IMG/VR virus record: IMGVR_UViG_3300039441_000116
Coordinates: 1 to 30,714 of that record
Length of the DNA: 30,714 nt
Reading direction: 5' to 3' (one strand)
Origin: a virus
Lineage: Duplodnaviria; Caudoviricetes
A program made the translations under genes and the position numbers. This document shows positions 1 to 8,482 of the stretch, one piece after another. How positions within the stretch are numbered: position 1 is the first letter of the stretch; every line of letters begins with the position of its first letter. The notes under the pieces are model-generated. The model saw only the letters and a program-made list of their open reading frames with translations. It had not been told where the DNA came from and ran no database searches.

Positions 1-21
1 CGACGAACATTTAAGACACGC

Positions 22-936
22 CTACGTCATCTGATTATACCAGTAGTACGGGTCTATGCAGGCTCCTAAGAAGCTCATGTTCGTGTTAGGGCTGCCAGTG
101 AACGAGTTCGATACGCTCGTCTGGGCGGTTTCCATCGTCGCCTTGGCCCCAGAGCTGCCGGTCCAGTATGTTCCACCGGCCCCGCTTCCAACCTCAGCAC
201 CGCAGTACAGACCGTAGTTTCTAGCAGACGCCGTGACCGACGCGTAGTTGTACCAATTTTGGAACTGCGAAATTTGCGACGACGACGTGTTGTAGTAGTC
301 CATCACGACCACGAAGTCCGAGTGGTCCATTAGATGGAGGCCCTCGAGTTGAGAGACACCATTGTACGTAACCGTCAGTGCCGCACTAGTCCCATCTGCC
401 AGCCACTGCGTCGCGAAGCAGCCGATTGGAATGTTGAGCAGCTTCTTCGTCGAAATCATCAAGTCGCAAAGCCCGATAGGCTCGGTGCTGGTGTAGTTAG
501 CGACAGTCCAATACTCTACATCGTAGGCCAAACCATCGAAGTGAGACATGTTGTTTGAACTTTGGTCGCACCACTGGTCGTACTGTTGCATCGCTTTGAG
601 CACGTTCTTCGCAACCCACTGTTGGTTGTGCCCCCAGTCGTTGTTGCCGGCCATCGCGATCACCCTGATATAGGACGCACGAAGATAGTGAACGGCGCGA
701 GCAAGTTGTGTCGCGTTTGCCGAGCTCCAATTACCTCCACCGACGTACGGATATACGTCTAGGAAGACCACGTTGATGTTGTTGTTACCGCAAAACGTGA
801 TAAGGCTTTGAATCGTCGAATCGGACTTGATCGGATCGTTGGTGTTCCCCGCGGAGCCATTGATCCAAACAGTCATTGCCCGCTCTGCGTTCGAATTGGG
901 CGGGCTCGGCGGTGTCGTTAGTGCAGTAATCGTCAT
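22..936 (-). CDS. Glycoside hydrolase-like (GH18-like TIM barrel) protein
   Basis: FDGLAYDVEYW resembles the GH18 FDGxDxDxEY strand-4 motif; DFVVVMDYY resembles GH18 D-x-V-N-L-M-x-Y. Its ATG overlaps the upstream TGA (ATGA at 933-936), with a GGGGAGG SD upstream. Confidence 0.5.
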   Translation of the reverse strand: MTITALTTPPSPPNSNAERAMTVWINGSAGNTNDPIKSDSTIQSLITFCGNNNINVVFLDVYPYVGGGNWSSANATQLARAVHYLRASYIRVIAMAGNNDWGHNQQWVAKNVLKAMQQYDQWCDQSSNNMSHFDGLAYDVEYWTVANYTSTEPIGLCDLMISTKKLLNIPIGCFATQWLADGTSAALTVTYNGVSQLEGLHLMDHSDFVVVMDYYNTSSSQISQFQNWYNYASVTASARNYGLYCGAEVGSGAGGTYWTGSSGAKATMETAQTSVSNSFTGSPNTNMSFLGACIDPYYWYNQMT

Positions 937-1307
937 TTCTTACCTCCCCGAATGAGCGCGAAGAAATCCGGGTCCCTCAGTGCTCGATTAATTGTCTCAA
1001 CCGGATGGTTTTGCGGAAACGAGTACGCGGAAGCGCTGTTTGCGGGCGCAGCTTCGTTATGACATTTGACCCACGCTTCAATCTGGTCAGCATTGCCGTG
1101 CGTCGCGATACTGCCATCTGCGTAGTATGCAATCGCAATCTGCATGTGACACGTCGGCACCTTTTTCTCACGCGGGTTGATTTGCTCCATGCGTCTCTTC
1201 TGCGCGTTCCAGCGCATCGCAGGCTCCGAAAAAACCTGAACTTCTCCCTCAGACGAGTCGCGGTGAAGCAGATACATACCTGCCTGGTACTTATAGAATT
1301 CAGCCAT
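933..1307 (-). CDS. Hypothetical phage protein (124 aa)
   Basis: Tiles tightly between its neighbours (3-nt gap upstream, 4-nt overlap downstream); no motif recognised. Confidence 0.7.
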   Translation of the reverse strand: MAEFYKYQAGMYLLHRDSSEGEVQVFSEPAMRWNAQKRRMEQINPREKKVPTCHMQIAIAYYADGSIATHGNADQIEAWVKCHNEAAPANSASAYSFPQNHPVETINRALRDPDFFALIRGGKK

Positions 1308-1310
1308 GTT

Positions 1311-2042
1311 TCAAACCTCGTAGAAATCGATATCCGCGGTTACTGTCCCCGCCGTAACAGCATCCGGCGCGGCATATGCCGTGATCCGGGCTGGCCCAGA
1401 AACCCAGAGATTCTCGTAGTAGAATGTTCCTGAATTCTGGCCACTGACTATGCGAATCCTAGCCGTGATCTGCTCTTCAAACGCTGTGCTTGTAAGTTGG
1501 GCGATCTTCCGTAGAAATGCGGATACGCTGATCGTTGCAGTTCCAACGATGAATCCGCGAACGAAGCATATTTTGCCGAGCGAAACGTAGTGATGCGCCC
1601 AAAATGTTCGCCCATCGCCTACCGCAACAGTCCCAACTGTCGCGCCTGCGCCGTTGCGCCGAATCGTAAGCGTACCGACGTTCGTGCCGTTCGACCCTAC
1701 TGTTAAGCTTTCCAATTTCTCGACGAACTGCGCATTCGAATCTCCGATTGCGACAGCGGTCGTTCCGTTCGTCGTAATCGTCGCTGTATACGGTCCGGAC
1801 CCGTCCGTTCGATAGTACGTCACGAGAAGGGTGCGCGTACCAGTTCCTGCCGAAGCATCACTTGCACTCGAAGACACAACTTCGAGATTCGACGGTGTTG
1901 CTTGCTCCGTATACGTTGTAGCACGAATGGCCTGAATCGAAGTCGAGGATGACGATAGACTTCCAGAAGCGACACCTGAGACGCCTGGGATGGTTCCCTC
2001 CGAGATATCGAGCGCGGGCGTGAGTATTGAGCCGTTCAGCAT
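1311..2042 (-). CDS. Putative virion structural/fibre-associated beta-rich protein, paralog 1 of 3
   Basis: Thr/Ser/Gly-rich; shares SxxDxSAGTGxRT..TxNGxTAV..HxYV..F(D/G)YxE(V/F)-like domain with the next two genes; TGATG coupling at 2042. Confidence 0.6.
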   Translation of the reverse strand: MLNGSILTPALDISEGTIPGVSGVASGSLSSSSTSIQAIRATTYTEQATPSNLEVVSSSASDASAGTGTRTLLVTYYRTDGSGPYTATITTNGTTAVAIGDSNAQFVEKLESLTVGSNGTNVGTLTIRRNGAGATVGTVAVGDGRTFWAHHYVSLGKICFVRGFIVGTATISVSAFLRKIAQLTSTAFEEQITARIRIVSGQNSGTFYYENLWVSGPARITAYAAPDAVTAGTVTADIDFYEV

Positions 2043-2758
2043 CAGAACTCCACGTAATCGAACGACGCGTACGCCGTCTGAACAATTGCGTTATCCGGGC
2101 GCTCGTTCACGATGACCATGTTTGGCCCGCTGATCATCAACCACGGGTCCCAATCGATCAGCTCTATCACATTTTCGTGCCGGAGCGTTCCCGTAATGTT
2201 CGAGAATGCGAGTGCCGAGTTTCCAGGATCGCCGGTGGATTGAAGAGTTGCACCGCCCGATGCGATCGTCGAGCTCGCGCGGAATCCAACGAGGTAGCAT
2301 GTTCGCCCCGCGCCGACGTAGTGCTGCGCCCAAAACGTTTGGTTGTCGCTCGCAGCAATCGAGGCGAAGACGGAACCACCTCCCACAGTCGTGGTCCACA
2401 GCTGAATCGTTCCAACATTCGATCCAACAGAACCGACTGTGAGGACCTGAATCTTCTCGATATATTGAACGTTCGTCGCGACCATATTTACGGCCGTCGT
2501 TCCATTGAGCGTAACGTCTTCGGTGTTTGGACCGTTCACGGACCCGTCGAAGAAAAACACACGGACCGTCCGCGCACCAGTACCAGCTGACGTGTCGTTT
2601 GCGCTCGTTGAGTTGATCGATCGTTGAACCGCTGAAGCCTGTGCTATATACGACGTAGCACGAACAGCGACACCTGCAATCGCCGACGTCCCGACGTAAC
2701 CATTCACTACGCCGAACTGCGCTGTCGTGATTGGAACGAGGCGATCAAAGATTCCCAC
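2042..2758 (-). CDS. Putative virion structural/fibre-associated beta-rich protein, paralog 2 of 3
   Basis: QRSINSTSANDTSAGTGARTV, TLNGTTAV, TFWAQHYV, FDYVEF; GTG start directly abuts the TAA of the upstream gene. Confidence 0.6.
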   Translation of the reverse strand: MGIFDRLVPITTAQFGVVNGYVGTSAIAGVAVRATSYIAQASAVQRSINSTSANDTSAGTGARTVRVFFFDGSVNGPNTEDVTLNGTTAVNMVATNVQYIEKIQVLTVGSVGSNVGTIQLWTTTVGGGSVFASIAASDNQTFWAQHYVGAGRTCYLVGFRASSTIASGGATLQSTGDPGNSALAFSNITGTLRHENVIELIDWDPWLMISGPNMVIVNERPDNAIVQTAYASFDYVEF

Positions 2759-4114
2759 TTAGACCTCGAAATATCCGAACTCCATCGCGTTGACTTGCGA
2801 AACGGAGTTTGTCGTCGTGACGTATCCGGTAATGAGCGCGGGACCTTGGACAACAATTGGTGTAACATGTGACCAAAACATAGAATCAGCGTCACCCTGC
2901 TGAATAATGTTATCCATAACCCGTCGTTCGACTGCATTTGTCGTGCTTAGGTCGAGTGATCGCACATGAAAATTCGGCACCTGTGCCGATGCTGCAGTTG
3001 AAGAAGTCATCAGGTCCGTGATGTAGCATTTACGCAACGAGGCGACATAATGATGGCAGTACGCTGTTCGGCGCGCTTGCGCCGGAATCGACGCAAACAC
3101 CGAACCGCCTCCCGCGGCCGCAGAAAATACTTGAAGCGTCCCGGTAGGAATGTTCCCCACTCCGCCGGTAAGAACGTCTACCGATTCGATAAACGCGACT
3201 GTGGTGGAGACGGTATTGACGGCGGTGTTTCCGTTGAGTGTGACTGTTTCGGTAAACGGTCCTGTCACAACTCCAGCGCTGATTGAGTAATACGTGATGA
3301 GTACGGTTCTGGCCCCAGTTCCTGCTGAAGTATCAGCCCCACTCGTTGAGTTGATTGACCTTTGCGCGTTCGAAGTTTGTGCTGTATAGACCGTATTCCG
3401 AACCGGCGTTTCTGTATTCGTTACCGCAATAGTCGTATCACCAGCAATTCTTCCGGCCGACCCCGTAAGTCGACCTATGGCAATAGCATAGGAGAGCGGC
3501 GCGTTGATAATCACACCATTTGCATCGGTTGCGAATGTTCGAATGTCAGTCGCGTCTGACCCGCCGATACGTACCGGGCTGCCTGAAAGTGCGGCGCCTT
3601 CGGCCGCTACACCCTGTACCTGGTTTGAGTTCGGTGACAAACCTACGACAAATGCTTTGTCGGTTGCTACGGTCGCGGTCGAAGCCGGTTTGACTGCAAC
3701 CGGTCCGGTCGTCCCGTCCGTAATCTCGGTAGGCCAGGCATTCGCGAGACTGTTAGGCGTTCCTTGATTCGCAGTGACCGTACCAGAAACAGGTTGATTC
3801 GTCGTACCGGTCGGGTCCGTTCGTACGGGATGTCCGCTCGTGCCCAACAAATTTGTACCATCAGACAGCTCAACAGGCAACGGATTGGACAACGATGGTG
3901 CCGCACCAGCTACCTGCGCAACGTTGATACTTTGGTTCGCGCTCAGTGCACCGATAACATTTGTACCTGCGGGGAGTGGCGAGTTTGGAGAAAGACCGAC
4001 CGCAAGTGCCGGGTCTGTCGCAGCCACCGGAGTTGAGGCCGGTTTAACAGCTGTGACGTTAGCTCCATCAGCCGACCCGACTGACACCTGTTCTTGGTCT
4101 TGCTCTAGAGACAT
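2759..4114 (-). CDS. Putative fibre protein: repetitive N-terminal shaft plus C-terminal paralogous domain (paralog 3 of 3)
   Basis: Internal duplication VKPAST...VGLSPNS (x2); C-terminal domain QRSINSTSGADTSAGTGARTV...CHHYV...FGYFEV. Confidence 0.6.
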   Translation of the reverse strand: MSLEQDQEQVSVGSADGANVTAVKPASTPVAATDPALAVGLSPNSPLPAGTNVIGALSANQSINVAQVAGAAPSLSNPLPVELSDGTNLLGTSGHPVRTDPTGTTNQPVSGTVTANQGTPNSLANAWPTEITDGTTGPVAVKPASTATVATDKAFVVGLSPNSNQVQGVAAEGAALSGSPVRIGGSDATDIRTFATDANGVIINAPLSYAIAIGRLTGSAGRIAGDTTIAVTNTETPVRNTVYTAQTSNAQRSINSTSGADTSAGTGARTVLITYYSISAGVVTGPFTETVTLNGNTAVNTVSTTVAFIESVDVLTGGVGNIPTGTLQVFSAAAGGGSVFASIPAQARRTAYCHHYVASLRKCYITDLMTSSTAASAQVPNFHVRSLDLSTTNAVERRVMDNIIQQGDADSMFWSHVTPIVVQGPALITGYVTTTNSVSQVNAMEFGYFEV

Positions 4115-4117
4115 TCG

Positions 4118-4447
4118 CTACTTTTTCTTCTTCGACCGATTCTCTCGTGCTGACTGCGAATGCTTCTGGCCGGTTCCTGGAACCATGTGCAAATGCCTAG
4201 CGGGGCGTCCACAGGCCGATAACAATTTAATGACCGGAGCCCCACAGGGACTTTGAGAACCGTCCGGTGCGAAGACGGACCCTCCACAGTAGATAGAGAG
4301 CGTTTTGTCCTTGTATGAGTAGACGGCCTTTGTCATTGCCGTAGGATGGCACTTCGACGCGATCAGGACATGGTGCTCCTCGTGGGAACAGTCCTTCTTA
4401 TCACATGACGTCTCCACCAGTTCGTTCAAGTCTTCCTGATACTGCAT
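4118..4447 (-). CDS. Small Cys/His-rich hypothetical protein with basic tail
   Basis: GGGAGA SD before ATG; CDKKDCSH, CH, C...C; C-terminal KKKK. Confidence 0.65.
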   Translation of the reverse strand: MQYQEDLNELVETSCDKKDCSHEEHHVLIASKCHPTAMTKAVYSYKDKTLSIYCGGSVFAPDGSQSPCGAPVIKLLSACGRPARHLHMVPGTGQKHSQSARENRSKKKK

Positions 4448-4471
4448 TCGTCTTTCTCCCTAAACCCAAAA

Positions 4472-5266
4472 TTAGGCCGTAAACTCAGTAATACGCGCTG
4501 ACCCATTCGCATTAGCCCATATCGCGTCGATTTCACCCGTCCAGTTAAATGGAACCTCCCAGTAGCCGTGCGCGCTTATTCTCACCGTGTAAGACGTGGC
4601 CGAAGCAGTCGTTCCGCACTTAACGAAGACGTTCTGAGTAGAATCGTTGAAAACTGTCGCGCCAAGCCGATTCGCGTTCGACGCTAGAAGCTGAACGTTT
4701 GTTGCAGACGAGGCTACGCTAGTTACTGCATCCGTAGACGAGGTCAGAAGTGCGGTCGTCGCCGTAACAAGTAGATGTCCGTTCACGTCGGTTCGAAGAG
4801 TTTGAACGTTAGTTCCGTCCCAACCTGCGCTGAGTACTGGATTACCTGCCGGTGCCGTACCAGCCGCAGCACCACCGACCGAGACCTGTCGTCCAGACGT
4901 ATCAGTACGAAGAGCTTGAAGATTGGTTCCGTCGAATCCGGCGTTGTAGACCGGATTCCCTATCGGCACGGCACCAGTCGCCCCAGGGCCAACGACCGTA
5001 GGATGACCAGAAGTGTCTGTGTGGATCGGCTGTACGTTCGTTCCATCGAACCCGGCGGTGTAGACCGGATTTCCAACTGGAGCAGCCCCAGTTGCCGCGC
5101 CACCGACAACGATCTGCCGTCCAGAAGTGTCTGTATGGATCGCTTGAAGATTGGTCCCGTCAGACCCCCCGACTTGAATAGCCGCACCAGGTGCGGTCGA
5201 CCCAGGTACGCCAGCGATGGCGTTATCGGCGGTATCAAACAGAATCGCTTGTGTATTAGAGAGCAT
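4472..5266 (-). CDS. Putative fibre protein with 38-aa tandem repeats and C-terminal beta domain
   Basis: About 3.5 copies of GxDGTN(L/V)QxxxTDxxG; C-terminal NRxGxxVFNDST...ARITExT domain shared with 5291..5950. Confidence 0.65.
   Translation of the reverse strand: MLSNTQAILFDTADNAIAGVPGSTAPGAAIQVGGSDGTNLQAIHTDTSGRQIVVGGAATGAAPVGNPVYTAGFDGTNVQPIHTDTSGHPTVVGPGATGAVPIGNPVYNAGFDGTNLQALRTDTSGRQVSVGGAAAGTAPAGNPVLSAGWDGTNVQTLRTDVNGHLLVTATTALLTSSTDAVTSVASSATNVQLLASNANRLGATVFNDSTQNVFVKCGTTASATSYTVRISAHGYWEVPFNWTGEIDAIWANANGSARITEFTA
4766..5167 (-). repeat. In-frame tandem repeat, 114-nt (38-aa) unit, about 3.5 copies
   Basis: GSDGTNLQAIHTDTSGRQ / GFDGTNVQPIHTDTSGHP / GFDGTNLQALRTDTSGRQ / GWDGTNVQTLRTDVNGHL; DNA repeats such as ccagaagtgtctgt and tagaccggatt are visible. 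Confidence 0.9.
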
Positions 5267-5290
5267 CTTGGATTAACTCCATTATTCGGG

Positions 5291-5950
5291 CTAGGTCAGC
5301 TCGGTTATTCGGGCTAGTCCTGCACCGTCTGCGGCCCAGACACCCGTTATCAGGCCTGTGTATATTGGAAATGGAAGTTCGTATACACCGCCCGGCAGCA
5401 GTCGTACACTCCAAGCGTTTACCGTAGCGGCTGGCCCTAACTTCAAATAGAGAGACCTCGTCGAGTCATTGAAAACAATGCAACCACGACGATTGACGTT
5501 CGGTCCGTCAATGGTCACAGTACTAGTAGACTGACCAACGATAGTTATGCTAGGAATCGTGGGCGCACGTAAAAGGCTAAGTAACGTCTCCAGAGTCGAT
5601 TCAGTCGCGACTCCTTCTAGAGTGCTCTCGAGCGCTAAACCACTCGCATCTGAATCAATGAGGACGTGGACCTGACCTGGAACCTTTACCGGCCACGCGT
5701 TCGCGTTTGATGCAGGTTGACCCTGGTCGGTCTTGCCGATGGTGTTATTGCCAGACGGAAGACTCGCAGCCAGCTCTACCAACTGCTCGTGCGTCGCGTT
5801 GAGCTTGATGAACTGTGCGTTGCCGTCTGGGTCGAGTCCGAGTATGAACAGACCTGGCGTAGTCGAGTCTGGAGGTACGCCGGTCTGCTTCGCCAGCTCA
5901 TGCCGCAGGCTGTCGACTAAGACAGACAGTGGAGTTCTAGATGTTGGCAT
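5291..5950 (-). CDS. Putative fibre/structural protein, paralog of 4472..5266 in its C-terminal domain
   Basis: NRRGCIVFNDST...YELPFPIYTGLITGVWAADGAGLARITELT aligns with the C-terminus of the 264-aa protein. Confidence 0.65.
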   Translation of the reverse strand: MPTSRTPLSVLVDSLRHELAKQTGVPPDSTTPGLFILGLDPDGNAQFIKLNATHEQLVELAASLPSGNNTIGKTDQGQPASNANAWPVKVPGQVHVLIDSDASGLALESTLEGVATESTLETLLSLLRAPTIPSITIVGQSTSTVTIDGPNVNRRGCIVFNDSTRSLYLKLGPAATVNAWSVRLLPGGVYELPFPIYTGLITGVWAADGAGLARITELT

Positions 5951-5993
5951 CTTTTATTACCACGATTGATAGGTGTGCACGCTATATGCGATG

Positions 5994-6350
5994 TTATGGA
6001 GAGCCTCCACCGCCTCCAGGTATCACTCGAATAATCAAATTTCCTGGAAAGTCTCCCGGAGCGAACGTGCTCCATGCGTACTCCATGATGTGCTCATGAG
6101 TGTAGATGCTCAATGTATTCGCTGTTACTGGAATGCTCGCTATTTGAGCGCGTCGGCCCTTTCGGTCAACATCGTAGAGGACCCACGTACCATTCTGGTC
6201 GGAGAGGCAATAGAACGTCGTGCGTTGCCGCTTGAGTGGATTCGAGACAACCTTCGTCTGGACTACGGCCCCAGTGGTGAATGGACCGTCGAAGGTGAAA
6301 CCTCCCTCGGGTGTGAGATTGGTTATTGAAATGTCGACTGTGGGAAACAT
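5994..6350 (-). CDS. Hypothetical protein (118 aa), possibly structural
   Basis: Co-oriented ORF starting 10 nt after the preceding stop; beta-rich composition. Confidence 0.6.
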   Translation of the reverse strand: MFPTVDISITNLTPEGGFTFDGPFTTGAVVQTKVVSNPLKRQRTTFYCLSDQNGTWVLYDVDRKGRRAQIASIPVTANTLSIYTHEHIMEYAWSTFAPGDFPGNLIIRVIPGGGGGSP

Positions 6351-6360
6351 GATTAGTTAC

Positions 6361-6747
6361 CTATCGTAGGACGCAGTGGCCTGAGACTCGAATGCAGACG
6401 ACGTACATGTCGCTCGATACGCCACGTACGTGCTCCTTGAGCTTATCAAGGTCTTTGCGGTTCTCGTCGAGCTTATCGTCAATCTTCGACTGTTGCTTCT
6501 TGATGTCATCGAGTCGGTCTATGAGGTCGGTCCTAAGCTGTGCCTGGTCGCGAACGACTTGCTCTCTCAGCTCTGCGAGACGCTTCTCTGTAGTTACTTC
6601 GATCTCGGCGACTTTGACAGCCTGAGCGCTCACCGTCGCCTCCCATCTGGCAAAGCCGTAGACAGTCGTAAAGGCGATAATGACCCAGGGCGCAACCGTT
6701 CGCTGATTGACCCAGGCCCAGAGTGTTCGAAGATGGTTTTTCCACAT
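6361..6747 (-). CDS. Single-TM coiled-coil membrane protein (lysis-cassette associated)
   Basis: Hydrophobic VAPWVIIAFTTVYGFA followed by a long heptad region; TGATG-coupled to the lysozyme gene. Confidence 0.65.
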   Translation of the reverse strand: MWKNHLRTLWAWVNQRTVAPWVIIAFTTVYGFARWEATVSAQAVKVAEIEVTTEKRLAELREQVVRDQAQLRTDLIDRLDDIKKQQSKIDDKLDENRKDLDKLKEHVRGVSSDMYVVCIRVSGHCVLR

Positions 6748-7346
6748 CAGTCCGTGTCTCCATCGTTTGGTGTCGCCTGCTCGGATTGTGGCTGCGACTG
6801 CTGTGTGGCCGACTCGATTTCATCGTCCGGGTGCACGAACAGTGGGGCGAACACCTTCGCACGCTCGAGTACATCGGCTGAGTAGTTCGCATCGGTCGTA
6901 CGTGCATCGACGTCGAGTCCCTGCGATAGGGCGCGACGCACTCCGACGGTGCCGCAATTGTAGGCCGCTACGGCCGCTCGAATGTTTTGGTTCGATGGCA
7001 GTCCAGGAATGAGCCGTGCGACCTCATCGAATTTCGAGCGCAGAATTTCGCAACCCTTAAGAATTCCGTCAGTGACGCTCAATCTGCCATTGTCCCAATC
7101 GGAGCACCAGTCCGGAAAGCTACGGTCGTCGACCTGCATCGGTCCGTGACCGTGCCCATCATCGCCGTCTCTACCGTGTGGGGGCGGTTGACAATACTCA
7201 TCGAGCGCGAACGTCTCTCTGCTGATGATGCCAGCGACGATACTAGGGTCGAGGCTGTGTGCCTTCGCCGCAGAGCGAATCGCATCTGCCATGCGTTCGA
7301 CGTCGTGCATAGTCTGCTCGGCCGCACTGCTACCATACGCAGTCAC
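6747..7346 (-). CDS. Endolysin, goose-type (GH23) lysozyme
   Basis: IVAGIISRET (catalytic Glu), GHGPMQVD, AVAAYNCG and DARTTDANYSADVLERA match lysozyme g motifs. The true start is GTG at 7346 (GGAGG SD; GTGA overlap with the upstream TGA), not 7664. Confidence 0.88.
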   Translation of the reverse strand: MTAYGSSAAEQTMHDVERMADAIRSAAKAHSLDPSIVAGIISRETFALDEYCQPPPHGRDGDDGHGHGPMQVDDRSFPDWCSDWDNGRLSVTDGILKGCEILRSKFDEVARLIPGLPSNQNIRAAVAAYNCGTVGVRRALSQGLDVDARTTDANYSADVLERAKVFAPLFVHPDDEIESATQQSQPQSEQATPNDGDTD

Positions 7347-7840
7347 AAGATTCCTCCGCTGTGCGGCGTTACAAGCCGAACGACGACAGCCGTAGACAGA
7401 GCGCCGATGGCGAGCCACAGGACGGGGGAGCGCCAGAACGAATCGAGCTCTTGGAGCTTCTGCTCGAGAGCGTTGGCCCGCTCTGCCTGCTTTGCCGCTA
7501 GCTTTGCGTTGTCGGCGGCGAGTGTAGCGGTGACGGTGATCTGCGTCTTCTGCAGCGCCACAACCTTGTCTTCCGCCTCGACGACGCTCTCGAGCTTCTG
7601 ATTGAGCTGCTCGTCGTGCTCTAGCCTGTCCTCGAGCAGTTGCATCTGATGCGTCGGCAGCCACACTCCCTCAATGTCTTCATCGACTAGGACCTTCGGC
7701 GTTAGGCGTAGCGGTTGCGTGACGGTGCTGTTGTTCGTCGTCTGCACCGACTGCACCTGCGCACATACGCTCATCGGCATGCTCAGCTGAGCCGCTATGA
7801 GAACCGCGAGAATGCGTCGGGCAACCGCAGACGTCGACAT
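7343..7840 (-). CDS. Spanin-like exported coiled-coil protein with C-terminal TM helix
   Basis: N-terminal signal-like segment (RRILAVLIAAQLS...VCA-Q), coiled coil, C-terminal FWRSPVLWLAIGALSTAVVV; GGAG SD; sits in the lysis cassette. Confidence 0.55.
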   Translation of the reverse strand: MSTSAVARRILAVLIAAQLSMPMSVCAQVQSVQTTNNSTVTQPLRLTPKVLVDEDIEGVWLPTHQMQLLEDRLEHDEQLNQKLESVVEAEDKVVALQKTQITVTATLAADNAKLAAKQAERANALEQKLQELDSFWRSPVLWLAIGALSTAVVVRLVTPHSGGIL

Positions 7841-7861
7841 TCGCTACTCCGTTCCCACCAT

Positions 7862-8185
7862 CTAGAGCGAGAGACGCTCGAGACGGTCCTTGACTTCATC
7901 AGCGGACAGGTCCACCGATTGGTACGTGGTTACGAGCACGGCCTTTCGCTTGTCGAGCTCAGCCTGGGCCTTCGCAACCTGAATTGCGACTTGGTCCGCA
8001 GTTCCGCTCGCCTGCTTGATCTGCTGTTGGAGCGCCGCGATAGCCGGTCCCTGTGACGCCTCAATCGCAGCGACCGCCGTTGCGCCGATGGCGTCGTGCT
8101 TGTATAGCCGATAGACGATGAGTGCGATGGATGCGAGCAGGCCGAGCAGCCAGCAGACGGTCCAGATGATTGAGCTCCTCAACAC
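7862..8185 (-). CDS. i-spanin-like N-terminal TM plus coiled-coil protein
   Basis: IIWTVCWLLGLLASIALIVY TM, then an Ala/Gln coiled coil; GAGGA SD before GTG. Confidence 0.55.
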   Translation of the reverse strand: MLRSSIIWTVCWLLGLLASIALIVYRLYKHDAIGATAVAAIEASQGPAIAALQQQIKQASGTADQVAIQVAKAQAELDKRKAVLVTTYQSVDLSADEVKDRLERLSL

Positions 8186-8208
8186 GGCACGGTTCCTCGA
8201 GCGTCGCG

Positions 8209-8481
8209 CTAGCTGGACGGGCCTTGTGGCGCGCTGGGACCTTGCGACGCACTTGGTCCTTGTGAGGTCGGAGCCGGCGGAGGCGCGGGCGCATTGGCCG
8301 CCTGCAACGCTGGAAGCAGCGCGCTATCGAACCAGTTGTGAAGCGCGGCCAGACCAGCGATGATGCCGAGAACGATGGCAGCCTGAAGAGAGGTCTGCCC
8401 CATTCCCCACGCACCAAACGGTGCGGCGACCGCGGTCAGAATCGCGAGCAAGCCCTTCAGGTAGATGAGTTTATCTTGCAT
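8209..8481 (-). CDS. Putative holin (two TM helices, hydrophilic Pro/Ser tail)
   Basis: 90 aa with two hydrophobic helices; tail has SQGPSA-like repeats; strong AGGAGAGG SD; first gene of the lysis cassette. Confidence 0.7.
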   Translation of the reverse strand: MQDKLIYLKGLLAILTAVAAPFGAWGMGQTSLQAAIVLGIIAGLAALHNWFDSALLPALQAANAPAPPPAPTSQGPSASQGPSAPQGPSS

Positions 8482-8482
8482 G

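Noticed and set aside
1311-5950. Diversity-generating retroelement or invertible tail-fibre cassette
   Set aside because: No reverse transcriptase or invertase in the window, no adenine-specific TR/VR pair, and all paralogs are co-oriented and diverged throughout.
6747-7664. 305-aa version of the lysozyme ORF
   Set aside because: The extra N-terminus is an Arg-rich alternative-frame read of the overlapping 7343..7840 gene; GTG 7346 has an SD and a GTGA overlap.
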